A DNA stretch of 64,000 nucleotides from Candidatus Sulfomarinibacteraceae bacterium (GTDB lineage Bacteria > Acidobacteriota > Thermoanaerobaculia > Thermoanaerobaculales > Sulfomarinibacteraceae): positions 576,001-640,000 of the forward strand of contig CAWCLO010000001.1 in assembly GCA_963796455.1 (NCBI GenBank), in the 5' to 3' direction. The stretch's first letter is position 1. Each line of letters opens with the position of its first letter. Positions 10,341 to 20,177 of this stretch are shown in pieces. The position numbers and the translations under genes are program-made. A model generated the notes under the pieces. The model worked only from the letters and a program-made list of their open reading frames with translations, was not told where the DNA came from and did not search any database.

Positions 10341-11264
10341 ATGGCAAGAATCAAGGTACGGCGGATCCACCGCGAAGAGCTTCCCGGAATCGCCATTCTG
10401 CGCGACGCGGTTGCTGCGGATCTGGCGGCCTTTCCCGCAAACCACGGCGTACTCGACCTCGATATGGAGGTCGACCCCAATCTTCGCCATCTCATCAAAA
10501 ACGATCCGGATGGTATCTTCACCGCCTACGAGGGCAGTGAAACCCTTGGATTCGGCGCCGCCACCATCCGTTCGCGGCAGTGCATTCTGTCGGAGTTATG
10601 GGTCCTTCCGCAGCACCAGGGCCGGGGAGCCGGCGGCGCTCTCATGAACCGTCTATTGGCCTATGGCGTGCAGTCCGGGGCTCGCGAGTTCCTCGCCCTG
10701 GCACCGACCGAGACCAGTATTCAAGCGATGCTCCTGGGACACGGAATGGCACCGATGGTGCCGGTTTTCCTCTTCAGTCTGGCCGTCGAGGACGCCGCCC
10801 AGCTCGCCCAGGCACTGGTTCGCCTTTTGCCCGGAGCTGAGGTCACATCCGATTTGATGATCCGCCGAGGTCAGGCGGACGTCGACCGCATCGATCAATT
10901 GACACGAAACATCGTCCGCGGCGTCGATCATGATTTCTGGCTCAAACAACGCGGCCATCGCGCAGCTTTTGTGCGCCAGGGCGAGCGAAACGCAGCCTAC
11001 GCGTACGGCAGCGCCGACCAGGTGGGTCCGGTCGCAGGGAGTACCCAGGACGCGGCCCTGTCGGCCCTCGGTTGGGCCATTCAACTCGCCGTCGACTCGG
11101 AGGCACCGGGCCCCCTGGAAATTCGGGTCCCGGCACCATTCAAGCCGGCCATAGAGGCTCTGTTGGAGAGCAACGCACGATTGCAGGCAACCATGATGCT
11201 GTATGGCAAGGACTCTTCCCTGGCCTTTGACCGTCTGGTCTTCGGGCTCCCCTGCCTGCCATGA
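10341..11264 (+). CDS. GNAT family N-acetyltransferase
   Basis: Acetyl-CoA binding motif LWVLPQHQGRGAGGALM. Confidence 0.8.
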   Translation: MARIKVRRIHREELPGIAILRDAVAADLAAFPANHGVLDLDMEVDPNLRHLIKNDPDGIFTAYEGSETLGFGAATIRSRQCILSELWVLPQHQGRGAGGALMNRLLAYGVQSGAREFLALAPTETSIQAMLLGHGMAPMVPVFLFSLAVEDAAQLAQALVRLLPGAEVTSDLMIRRGQADVDRIDQLTRNIVRGVDHDFWLKQRGHRAAFVRQGERNAAYAYGSADQVGPVAGSTQDAALSALGWAIQLAVDSEAPGPLEIRVPAPFKPAIEALLESNARLQATMMLYGKDSSLAFDRLVFGLPCLP

Positions 11265-13327
11265 GCAAGGGGTTGCGCCGGCCCGAAGACGGCCGCTACC
11301 GCGTTCACTATGAAAGTGAACTGAACGAACAACAACTCGAAATCGTAATGCATCCGGGAGGACCGATGTTGGCCCTCGCCGGCGCCGGCACGGGCAAGAC
11401 CCGCGCCCTGGTCTACCGCACCTGCCGGCTCATCGAAGACGGTGTGCCGCCGTCGCGAATCCTGCTCCTCACCTTCACCAACAAGGCGGCAAAGGAAATG
11501 ATGGGCCGGGTCGATCAGCTGGTTGAACGCGGCACTTCCCGAGTCACCGGAGGCACCTTTCACTCGGCAGGACACCGCATCCTGCGCCGCTACGCGGATC
11601 TTCTGGGGTATTCGACACGTTTTTCGATTCTTGACCGGGAGGATGCGACCGAACTGATGGGCGCCGCGTTGGCCGACGTCAGCCCGGAGGTTCCGAGCCG
11701 CCGGTTGCCGAGGTCGCGACTCCTGGTGGACACCTACAGCTTCATCATCAACACCGGACGCGACATTGAACAGGTGCTGACCGAGCGCAGTCCTCAGTTT
11801 TTCGACCAGGCCGAGCTGATTGCCACGGTCTTCAAACGATATCTCGAGCGCAAACGCGCGGCCGATCTGATGGACTTCGACGATCTGCTGCTCAACTGGC
11901 TTCTGTTGTTGACCAGGTTCCCCCGTGCGCGCGCCGAGCTCCGTGAGCGATTCAGTCACGTCCTGGTTGATGAGTACCAGGACACCAATCGACTGCAGGC
12001 CGATATCGTCGATGCCATGTTGGGGCCGGAACGCAATGTGATGGTGGTAGGTGATGACGCCCAGTCGATCTACGCGTTCCGTGGAGCCGATTTCGAGAAC
12101 ATCATCGGTTTCCCCGAGCGCCACCCCGATTGCAAAGTCTTCCGTCTCGAAACCAATTACCGCTCGGTGCCGCCGATCCTCGAGCTTGCCAACGCTTCGA
12201 TCTCTCACAATCAGCGGCAATTTGAAAAGAATCTCCGTCCCGTACGGTCCGGCGACGAAAAACCTATCGAAGTCGCGGTTCCCTCTCCTGAGGCCCAGGG
12301 TGAGTATGTTGCCGACCGTATTCTGGAGCTTCGCGAGGAGGGCTTCGAGTTGGAGGACATGGCGGTCCTCTATCGTAATCATGCGCACTCCCTTGATCTG
12401 CAGGTGGAACTCGCCCGCCGAAATATCCCATTCAGGGTTCGGTCTGGGCTTCGATTCTTCGAAAATCGCCACGTCAAGGACGCTTTGGCCCACCTCCGGT
12501 TTCTGGATAATCCCCGCGATGAAATCGCTTTCGCTCGTCTGATCAAGCTTCGTGATGGATTCGGGCCTCGACTGGCAAACAGGGTCTGGGATCGATTGAA
12601 GGGCACGGACCCACTCCGATGCCTGCTCGAGCTCGAGATCGGAGTTCTGGGGCTGCCGCGCGGCGCGAGTTCGTCGATGCAGGAGGTGCAGACTCTGATG
12701 GCGGAAATCGCTTCCCCAAAGATCTTGAGCCAACCGGGGGAAGCGATCCGCAGCGTGGTGGAGTCCTTCTACAAATCCTGGGCTCGATCGCACCTCGAGA
12801 ACGCGGGTTCACGACTCGAAGATCTGGAGCAACTGGCCCTTTTTGCAGACGGATACCCTGACGTCAATACCTTTCTTTCCGAGGTGACCCTTCTCAACGA
12901 TCTTTCGGGCGAGGACGCGACCGCCGGCCCGCCGGACGAAATGGTAACCCTCTCGACGGTCCATCAGGCCAAGGGCATTGAATGGCGCGCCGTGTTTATC
13001 ATCTGGCTCGCCGAGGGGCGTTTCCCGACATTTCGAATGGATGACGAGGAGGAAGAGCGCCGCCTCTTCTACGTGGCCGCCACGAGGGCCGGCGACCGCC
13101 TCGAGTTGATTCGTCCCGAGCTCGCGCGTGATCGATATCGTGTCGATACGATCGTCGAGCCATCCCGATTTCTCAGCGAACTGCCGCAGGACGTTCGAGA
13201 GCTGGTTGTTCTCTCCGAAGATCGCTTGTCCGATGGCATCGATGCCCTGCAGGGCGGCGGCCGTTATCAGCTTCCAGCCTTTCTCGAAGAGAGCAGCGAC
13301 CCGGACGGCGACGACGAGGTCAACTGA
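11261..13327 (+). CDS. UvrD/PcrA/Rep family ATP-dependent DNA helicase
   Basis: AGAGTGKT, TFTNKAA, VDEYQD, GDDAQSIYAFRGA, STVHQAKGIEW, EERRLFYVAATRA. ATGA overlap with the GNAT gene. Confidence 0.95.
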   Translation: MSKGLRRPEDGRYRVHYESELNEQQLEIVMHPGGPMLALAGAGTGKTRALVYRTCRLIEDGVPPSRILLLTFTNKAAKEMMGRVDQLVERGTSRVTGGTFHSAGHRILRRYADLLGYSTRFSILDREDATELMGAALADVSPEVPSRRLPRSRLLVDTYSFIINTGRDIEQVLTERSPQFFDQAELIATVFKRYLERKRAADLMDFDDLLLNWLLLLTRFPRARAELRERFSHVLVDEYQDTNRLQADIVDAMLGPERNVMVVGDDAQSIYAFRGADFENIIGFPERHPDCKVFRLETNYRSVPPILELANASISHNQRQFEKNLRPVRSGDEKPIEVAVPSPEAQGEYVADRILELREEGFELEDMAVLYRNHAHSLDLQVELARRNIPFRVRSGLRFFENRHVKDALAHLRFLDNPRDEIAFARLIKLRDGFGPRLANRVWDRLKGTDPLRCLLELEIGVLGLPRGASSSMQEVQTLMAEIASPKILSQPGEAIRSVVESFYKSWARSHLENAGSRLEDLEQLALFADGYPDVNTFLSEVTLLNDLSGEDATAGPPDEMVTLSTVHQAKGIEWRAVFIIWLAEGRFPTFRMDDEEEERRLFYVAATRAGDRLELIRPELARDRYRVDTIVEPSRFLSELPQDVRELVVLSEDRLSDGIDALQGGGRYQLPAFLEESSDPDGDDEVN

Positions 13328-13349
13328 TTCGGTAACCTGAGACCTCAGG

Positions 13350-13378
13350 TTGACAAAAAGATATCAATATATTAGAAT
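13350..13378 (+). promoter_or_regulatory. Sigma70-type promoter of thioredoxin
   Basis: TTGACA-N17-TAGAAT in an AT-rich patch; AAGGAG RBS downstream. Confidence 0.75.
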
Positions 13379-13421
13379 ATTCTTGAATGGTTATGTATGA
13401 ATTTCAACAAAGGAGATCAAC

Positions 13422-13799
13422 ATGGCAGTCACACAATTGACTCAACAGAACATCGACGAAACCATCAACAACAACGACATTGTCGTGATCGACTTCTGGG
13501 CCCCCTGGTGCGGACCGTGTAAAGCATTCAAACCTGTGTTCGAAGAGGCTTCGGAGCGGCACACCAACATAACTTTTGCAGCCTGCAACACCGAGGAGCA
13601 GGTGGAACTCGCCTCGAGCTTCAGGATCCAGTCCATTCCAACTCTCGTGGTTTTTCGCGAAGGCATCGGGATCTTCGGGCAGCCGGGAATGCTCCCGGCC
13701 GAGGCCCTGGATGAGCTGGTCGAAAAGGTCCGCGCATTGGATATGGCTGAGGTTCGGGCGGAAGTCGAGAAGCAGCAGGCCGAGACTGTCGAAGCCTGA
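13422..13799 (+). CDS. trxA: Thioredoxin
   Basis: DFWAPWCGPCK and IQSIPTL. Confidence 0.92.
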   Translation: MAVTQLTQQNIDETINNNDIVVIDFWAPWCGPCKAFKPVFEEASERHTNITFAACNTEEQVELASSFRIQSIPTLVVFREGIGIFGQPGMLPAEALDELVEKVRALDMAEVRAEVEKQQAETVEA

Positions 13800-13919
13800 G
13801 CGACTGATGATTTTTTAATTCATTGCCGGGGTCCATTGGACCCCGGCGTTTTCGTGCCGGACTAACGGCGTCCACCCGCCATCCAGTGCTCTCTGTTATA
13901 GTCCGCCACCGGGCGTGCT

Positions 13920-15191
13920 GTGATGTCGACACACCATCTGAATGCATCCGATTCGAAGACCACCTCCTATTTGGGCTGGTCTGTGTTGGCCCTCGCCATG
14001 TCAATTCCCCTGTACCGACCGTGGGTCGGCATGGCGGCAGTGCTCATCTTGATCATCTGGATATTCGGTGGTGGCGTCCGCCGACGGCTCCACGATCTGA
14101 CGACCAGCCGGTTGAACCTCGCCGTCCTCGTCTTCATCGGCGTCAACCTGCTGTCCCTCGCGTGGTCCGCCTTTCCAGGAGACGGTTTTCGATATACCAG
14201 AAAATACTGGTACCTCTTGCTGATTCCGGTACTCGCGAGCGCCGTCACCCCCGTTTTTCGTCGCGCCGCCGTCACCGTCTTTGCCTTTGCGGCCGCAGCA
14301 TCCTCAGCGGTTTCGATCGCAATATTTTGTGGTCTTTTCCGTTTTGGCGGCGCCCATCCGGGCAACCCCTCTCCGCTGATGCACCACATCGATTTCAGCC
14401 TCATCCTGGCCCTCGCGGCGCTGTTGATTCTCAACCGCCTGCTCCACGGAGATCTCACCTCTACCCGACGCACCGTGTGGATTGTCCTCTTCTCGGTCGT
14501 AGTTTGTGGCCTGCTCGTGAATATCGGCCGTAGCGGCCACCTCGCGTTCATCGGTGGACTTGCGGCTCTCTTGGGATTCTGGGCCCTCGGCCGCTCCAAA
14601 AGAACCCTTGCGACAGCAGCAGCCGTCCTCCTGATTGGCCTGGCCGCCACGTGGTACGGCATGCCAAGGGTTCGAGATCGAGTGCAGGAGGGCACGGGAC
14701 AGATACGCGCAGCCGTGGTTGACAAACAATTTCAAGGCTCGCTTGGCGGCAGGGTGGCCGCGACGCTCGTGGCGGGAGAAATCATCCGCGCCCACCCCCT
14801 CCTCGGAACCGGTGTCGGGGCCAATATGCCCGAATTCAGACGGATCCTCGAATCTGAATACCCGGAATTCTCATTCGCCATTTCCTGGTATCCGCATTTT
14901 CACAACCAATACACTCAGATCGCCACCGAGCTGGGTCTGCTCGGTCTGTTGTCTCTTGCCTGGATTTTCTTCGAACTGGTGCGCGGCCCGATACATAATC
15001 GGGAGTTCAAAGCTACGGCGATCATTCTGGCGACCGTCTACCTCCTCGGATTCATCGGCGAGCCCTTCCTCCACAAACAGCTCACCCTGGTCGCCTTCGC
15101 CCTGTTTGCCGGGCTGATCGCCGGAGAGCAACTGGATTCCAGCGATCGGGGACAGCGACGGGGAACGGCAGACAGCGTCAGCCAACAGTAG
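13920..15191 (+). CDS. O-antigen ligase (Wzy_C) family membrane protein
   Basis: Multi-TM; GRSGHL, HPLLGTGVG, HFHNQYTQIATELGLLGL. Confidence 0.85.
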   Translation: MMSTHHLNASDSKTTSYLGWSVLALAMSIPLYRPWVGMAAVLILIIWIFGGGVRRRLHDLTTSRLNLAVLVFIGVNLLSLAWSAFPGDGFRYTRKYWYLLLIPVLASAVTPVFRRAAVTVFAFAAAASSAVSIAIFCGLFRFGGAHPGNPSPLMHHIDFSLILALAALLILNRLLHGDLTSTRRTVWIVLFSVVVCGLLVNIGRSGHLAFIGGLAALLGFWALGRSKRTLATAAAVLLIGLAATWYGMPRVRDRVQEGTGQIRAAVVDKQFQGSLGGRVAATLVAGEIIRAHPLLGTGVGANMPEFRRILESEYPEFSFAISWYPHFHNQYTQIATELGLLGLLSLAWIFFELVRGPIHNREFKATAIILATVYLLGFIGEPFLHKQLTLVAFALFAGLIAGEQLDSSDRGQRRGTADSVSQQ

Positions 15192-15232
15192 ACAGGGGCA
15201 GCGATCAGTCTGACTGGTACGGAGACCTGCAA

Positions 15233-15586
15233 TCAAGACTTTGGGTTGAGCAAACGCCAGGTCATGGCACGGACCTGATCGAAGGCCTTCATCGCTTCAC
15301 TGGCTCCATTCCGGCTGATCGCCCCGGTGTGCGCGAGGAGCTCCAAGTGGCTGTCGACCTCTTTCGCCGAGGCGTAGGCGATTCTCCAGTGGTTCGAACG
15401 GTCTCTACCAACTCGGCCGTGCCCTTCTGCCAGGTTCGCAGGGACTGAACTCGCCGACCGGATTACCTGATCGGCAATAGGCTTCAGCGGAGCTGAAACC
15501 CTCATCACGAGCTTGATCGCGATTCCTGCTGCTTCGAGGGCTTTCGAGTGGGCAACGAGGTTGGTGGTCGTGGCGGCGTTGGACAT
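15233..15586 (-). CDS. Four helix bundle protein (23S rRNA IVS protein-like family), 117 aa
   Basis: DQVIRSASSVPANLAEGHGR and IAYASAKEV motifs. GGAGGT RBS before the ATG at 15586. Confidence 0.9.
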   Translation of the reverse strand: MSNAATTTNLVAHSKALEAAGIAIKLVMRVSAPLKPIADQVIRSASSVPANLAEGHGRVGRDRSNHWRIAYASAKEVDSHLELLAHTGAISRNGASEAMKAFDQVRAMTWRLLNPKS

Positions 15587-15724
15587 GGTCACCTCCGGGT
15601 CGTTCATGCCCATACCCACAAGCCGGTGTGGCGGCCGATGTCAAGGATGCCCTGCACCCTGCCTGTCCTTGACATCGGCCGCCCACCGGCTACCCCCTTC
15701 TCTTGAACGACCCGGAGATGGCCA
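15586..15724 (-). promoter_or_regulatory. Three-tier nested hairpin leader covering the RBS of the four-helix-bundle gene
   Basis: Perfect 18-bp IR 15630-15647/15666-15683, 8-bp IR 15621-15628/15684-15691, and ~20-bp IR 15587-15606/15704-15723. Confidence 0.75.
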
Positions 15725-15978
15725 CTTCGTCGCCTGTACTGCTGACCGCTGCCGCTGAACACTGATCACTGTTTGCTGTCCCTGTCGCTGCTAACTGTCG
15801 CTGACGCTGGACACTGTCGCTGCCACTGCAATACGGGCGTGGACGCGAACTCGGACTCGCACGCGGGCACGGGGAAACCGCAAACCGGATATGCCAAAAA
15901 GCAATCCCTAAACCTCGGGTGGTCAGGTGGGCAACTTTATCGACGAATTGCAGGGCAAAAAGCGACGTAAAAAAGGGC

Positions 15979-16866
15979 TCAGTCCGCGCCTTCTTTGTCC
16001 TCACCCTCGCCCTGATCCGCGAGTTCTTTCAAACCCTGCCAGGTCTTCTCGTCCTCGTCGAACTCGGGAAGCGTCGGAGGGACCCCTCGATCATCGTTGA
16101 CCTGCCAGCCCCACAGGATGGCGAATTTCATGTAGGTGCTGTAGGCCTGCAGGAGGCAGAACACAATTCCGAGGGAGCCATCGAGGATCCCGAGTTGAAG
16201 AAAATAGGTTCTGAAGAAACGCCACATCGGTCGAAAGAGGACCTCGAGGGCGCTGGTGCGGACTCCGTCCCGCCAACACTGCGCAGCATTCCAATAACCG
16301 TATTTTGCGAGGCGAAAGGCGTACTCGTCGAAACTCCGATCCACCATGTAATGGTCGATAGCATTCTTCAGGATCGGCGTCTCTCCGGTTGTATGCAGAA
16401 CCGAGTGAACCCGCCGGTTCTCGTAGAAGGCGGTTCCATTGCGAAACAACCGCGCCACCCGATCATGTTGCCAACCGGAAAACCTGATTCGCCGGCCGAG
16501 AATGAAAACGCTCCGGTTCATCATGTACGCATCGTGCTTCGGGCCAGCCAAAAGGATGGATTCGACCTCCTGTCGGAGTTTGGGGGTACACCGTTCGTCC
16601 GAATCGAGAAGGAAGATCCAATCACTCTTCACGTGCTGTAGCGCCCAGTTCTTCTGCGCACCGGCACCGAAGTACCTGCGCTGGAAGAAGCGAACCTTGT
16701 CGTAGCTCTGAGCGATTTCGGGGGTGCGATCCGACGAAAAGGAATCGACCACGATGATCTCGTCGCACCATTCGAGCGACTCGATGCAGTCGGCAATGTT
16801 GTGTTCTTCGTTGAACGAGGTGATGACTCCGCTCACCGCTGGACGTTTCTTTTCATCGCTAGCCAA
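15979..16866 (-). CDS. Glycosyltransferase family 2 (LPS core beta-1,4-glucosyltransferase-like)
   Basis: FNEEHNIADCIESL, VVDSFSSDRT, LLDSDER. Confidence 0.9.
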   Translation of the reverse strand: MASDEKKRPAVSGVITSFNEEHNIADCIESLEWCDEIIVVDSFSSDRTPEIAQSYDKVRFFQRRYFGAGAQKNWALQHVKSDWIFLLDSDERCTPKLRQEVESILLAGPKHDAYMMNRSVFILGRRIRFSGWQHDRVARLFRNGTAFYENRRVHSVLHTTGETPILKNAIDHYMVDRSFDEYAFRLAKYGYWNAAQCWRDGVRTSALEVLFRPMWRFFRTYFLQLGILDGSLGIVFCLLQAYSTYMKFAILWGWQVNDDRGVPPTLPEFDEDEKTWQGLKELADQGEGEDKEGAD

Positions 16867-17038
16867 TGCCTGTGCCTCCGGGGTAAGGAATCCTCACACG
16901 ATCAAGGGATCCGACTCTCGATCCAAGGCCACGACCGGGACGGCTCCACGGCCTGATTCGAGACGGTGGGATCGTAGCACAAAGCAAACATCACCCAAGT
17001 GATGGTGGGGTCTTCGCAGCATTTCGAGTTATCATGGA

Positions 17039-17752
17039 GTGATGGTCGAGAACCGGCAACACGTGCTTGTAGTCGGCGGCAAAGAGGACGGTCTCAATCG
17101 AGTCGCACCCATGCTGCGCAGGGCGGAATTCAGCGTCCACACGGTGGACGAGTCGCCGTTTCTCCTCGATCTCGTGTTGAGTACCGCCTTCGAACTCGTG
17201 GTCGTCAACTATCCAATGGACAACCTGTCGATCGACGATCTCCTCGAGACCGTTCGTGAGGAAGGGTCCGCCTGCCACGGTGCCGGGATTCTCCTCCTCA
17301 CAGACCCGACCATGCTCGACGACGCACAGGCGCTCGTGGATGTGGGCGCAAACCGTGCGATCTGCACCGACTGGAACGAGGCTCGCCTCTGGCAGGCAGT
17401 CGGAGATCTGCTCGATATCGCTCCGAGAATCTTCATGAGGGTGTTGCTTCACGCCGAGGTCGAGGTTCAGACACCGGGAACCAAAACGGTCTTTCAGACT
17501 GTCAACGTGTCGGTCACTGGAGCACTCTTGCAGGGTTCCGAAATGATTGACCCCGGTGCGACCTTCGATTTCCTCTTCCGCCTTCCGGGCGGCGGACTCG
17601 TCGAAGGGACCGCAGAGGCTGTCCGTCAGACAAACACCCTCCGCGAGGGCGTGAACGGAATCGGGACCCGTTTCGTGGGTTTTCGCGGCGACAGCGAGGA
17701 GCGTCTCCTCAGCCACGTCAGACGCCAGGTCTACCTCGGCAACAGGAGATAG
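17039..17752 (+). CDS. Receiver-like domain plus PilZ domain protein
   Basis: N-terminal degenerate REC fold; C-terminal NVSVTGA, AEAVR and GIGTRF PilZ-type motifs. Confidence 0.7.
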   Translation: MMVENRQHVLVVGGKEDGLNRVAPMLRRAEFSVHTVDESPFLLDLVLSTAFELVVVNYPMDNLSIDDLLETVREEGSACHGAGILLLTDPTMLDDAQALVDVGANRAICTDWNEARLWQAVGDLLDIAPRIFMRVLLHAEVEVQTPGTKTVFQTVNVSVTGALLQGSEMIDPGATFDFLFRLPGGGLVEGTAEAVRQTNTLREGVNGIGTRFVGFRGDSEERLLSHVRRQVYLGNRR

Positions 17753-18948
17753 AACCGGCCGTCATTTTTCATCCGGCCGGCTATCGCTGCGGCTTCATCG
17801 CCGGCACCGACAAAGAGATCAACTCTCCCCGGCCCTCGGATCGCACCACCGGTGTCCTGATTCACCGAGAAGCGCGCAAATTCCACCTCGCCCCCATCGT
17901 CGCTGGGCATCGTACCTTCGATCCACGCCATCACCGGTGCCGGAAACAGCCGCCGATCGGTGGCAATGGATCGCCCAGCTGTAACAGGCACGCCATAACA
18001 ACCGAGGGGGCCGTCGGTGGTATCGAGCGGACGGAAGAAGACATAGGACGGATTGTAGGAAAGAACCCTCCGCACCTCTTCCGGGTTCTCTGCGAGGAAG
18101 GTCCGAATCGCCTGCATCGACATCTCTTCACGGCTCACGAGGCCCTCGTCGATCAAGAGCTTTCCGATCGATTTGTAGGGATGTCCGTTCGCGACTGCAA
18201 AACCGGCGCGCTTCCGCGAACCGTCTTCAAAAACCAGGGTTCCAGAGCCCTGGATCTGCAGAAAAAAAAGATCCACAGGATCCGCCACATATCCGAGTAC
18301 CGGCGCGGCGGCCGCGAGACCCTCACCAAAGTCGATTGCCGCACGATCCGGATACGGCACCAGATCATGTCCATCGACCCGGCCTACCAGACTTCGTGAG
18401 GCTGGATCGAGTCCGAAATCGCGCAGGTCGATCTTGACGAGATCGTCGGGGATGCCCCGGACCGGAACCGTGTATCCAGGCTCCTCCTCGAGGCGGGCAT
18501 CGAGCAGCGGTTCGTAATATCCCGTGAAGAGCACTTCGCCTCGCCTATTTCGCCCGACCGATCGCAGGAGGATGAAGTCTTCCTGCAACAGGCGGGTTCG
18601 AAGCGCCGGATCACCTTCGGTTTGCATGATTTCCCGGAATCGACGCACCCCGTCGGCGAGTTGGGCGGCGCTTCGATCCAGGGGCCCGAAGCTGAAGACC
18701 CGTTCGGGAGGGACGCGCTCGAGATAGCTCAGCGAGTGATCGCAGGCCGCCAGCAGGGACTCAACCGGAAGATCGTCTGCCAGGACGGGCCACCGGTTGG
18801 CGGAAACCTCTTTCAAGGGCCGTTTGGAACGAGCCGTAACGGAACTTCCGGTCGAGCAACCCAGCGAAATCACACACAGAGCCACCACGAAGCAGCGGAC
18901 GGAAAACGGCACGCTCAACGGACGAGAACCAGGGACAACCACGGCCAA
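17731..18948 (-). CDS. mltA: Membrane-bound lytic murein transglycosylase A
   Basis: FTGYYEP, FFLQIQGSG, NPSYVFF, QDTGGAIRGPGRVDLFVG; lipoprotein-like SLGC. Confidence 0.9.
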   Translation of the reverse strand: MAVVVPGSRPLSVPFSVRCFVVALCVISLGCSTGSSVTARSKRPLKEVSANRWPVLADDLPVESLLAACDHSLSYLERVPPERVFSFGPLDRSAAQLADGVRRFREIMQTEGDPALRTRLLQEDFILLRSVGRNRRGEVLFTGYYEPLLDARLEEEPGYTVPVRGIPDDLVKIDLRDFGLDPASRSLVGRVDGHDLVPYPDRAAIDFGEGLAAAAPVLGYVADPVDLFFLQIQGSGTLVFEDGSRKRAGFAVANGHPYKSIGKLLIDEGLVSREEMSMQAIRTFLAENPEEVRRVLSYNPSYVFFRPLDTTDGPLGCYGVPVTAGRSIATDRRLFPAPVMAWIEGTMPSDDGGEVEFARFSVNQDTGGAIRGPGRVDLFVGAGDEAAAIAGRMKNDGRFYLLLPR

Positions 18949-20177
18949 TAAGTGATGATCAGAACCGTTACAAAAAGAATAAGGAGGAAGGGCATGGCGG
19001 CCCGGTAGAGCGTCACGATCGGCCGGTCGAAACGATAGCTCGCGATGAAAAGGTTCATCCCGACAGGAGGCGTGCAGTAGCCGATCTGCATGTTGGCGAG
19101 GAAGATCATCCCCAGGTGAATCGGATCAACACCATAACCGGCAGCGATCGGAAGGATCAGGGGAACCACGAGGACGAGGGCTGAGAAAATATCGAGCATC
19201 ATCCCGAGTGCGAGCAGAAAAACATTGAGCAGGATGAGAAAACTCAGTTTCGAGGAGACGTGGGTCGTGACGAACTCGAAAAGCCGGGTCGGCACCTCCT
19301 GGTCGATCATCAGATTTGTCGACGCAAGCGACGCTCCGAGAATGATGAGGATCCCGCCCACCAAAACCATCGAATCACGCATCACGCCCGGGATCCGTTT
19401 GAAGGGAATGTCGCGATAGATCAGGACCTCGACAACAAAAACATAGACCACGGTGACCACAGCGGCCTCGGAGACCGCGAAAAATCCACTGTAAACGCCA
19501 CCTAGAACGATGATTGGAAGCGGGATCTCCCAGGCCGACTCCCTCACCGCGGCGACACTTTCCCGCCAATTGAATCGGTGTCGATTGACCCTGTTTCGAA
19601 CGAAGGTGCCCTCGCGCATGCAATAGAGAGACAGCAGCAACAACATGAACAAACCGGGTAGAATCCCCGCGACAAAAAGATCATCCACCGACTGCTCGGC
19701 AATGATGGCGTAGAGGATCAACGGCAGCGACGGCGCGAAGAGGAGGCCCAGGCTTCCAGAAGTCGTAATCAAACCGAGATTGAACCGTTCGCGATAGCCC
19801 GCCTCGGCGATCGCCGGGTAGAGCAGGGCTCCCATGGCGATGATCGTCACCCCGGACGCACCGGTGAATGCGGTAAAGAGCGCACAGACGAAAAGGGCGA
19901 CAACGGCGAGTCCTCCCGGCATCCATCCGAGGAGGACGTTGGTGACCCGGACCAGCCGTTTCGGGGCCTGGCTTTCGCCGAGCAGGTATCCGGCAAAGGT
20001 GAAGAGCGGGATGGCGATCAGGACCGGAATCTCGGAGACCCGAAAGAACTCCATGGGCACGATCATGAGATCGATGTCGGCCCGCGCAAAACCGATCAAG
20101 GCGCTCGCGGCGATGATCGCAAACAAGGGGGCGCCGAGAATCGCGAGCAGAATCAATGCGATGCCGATGAGGATCAA
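18915..20177 (-). CDS. dctM: TRAP transporter large permease
   Basis: LIAIPLFTFAG, GSLGLLFAPS, TPPVGMNLF. TTG start overlaps the dctQ stop. Confidence 0.9.
   Translation of the reverse strand: MILIGIALILLAILGAPLFAIIAASALIGFARADIDLMIVPMEFFRVSEIPVLIAIPLFTFAGYLLGESQAPKRLVRVTNVLLGWMPGGLAVVALFVCALFTAFTGASGVTIIAMGALLYPAIAEAGYRERFNLGLITTSGSLGLLFAPSLPLILYAIIAEQSVDDLFVAGILPGLFMLLLLSLYCMREGTFVRNRVNRHRFNWRESVAAVRESAWEIPLPIIVLGGVYSGFFAVSEAAVVTVVYVFVVEVLIYRDIPFKRIPGVMRDSMVLVGGILIILGASLASTNLMIDQEVPTRLFEFVTTHVSSKLSFLILLNVFLLALGMMLDIFSALVLVVPLILPIAAGYGVDPIHLGMIFLANMQIGYCTPPVGMNLFIASYRFDRPIVTLYRAAMPFLLILFVTVLIITYWPWLSLVLVR

Larger units (their letters stand above)
15140..15860 (-). mobile_element. Four-helix-bundle cassette, copy 1 (boundaries approximate)
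   Basis: Gene, leader and flanks are homologous to the copies near 27 kb, 35 kb and 39 kb. Mobility is inferred only from the dispersed copies. Confidence 0.6.

Noticed and set aside
15587..15619. Longer N-termini (MGMGMNDPEVT...) for the four-helix proteins and small ORFs over the leader
   Set aside because: The upstream extension differs in copy 2, whereas the SD plus ATG (MS..) is conserved in all three intact copies.
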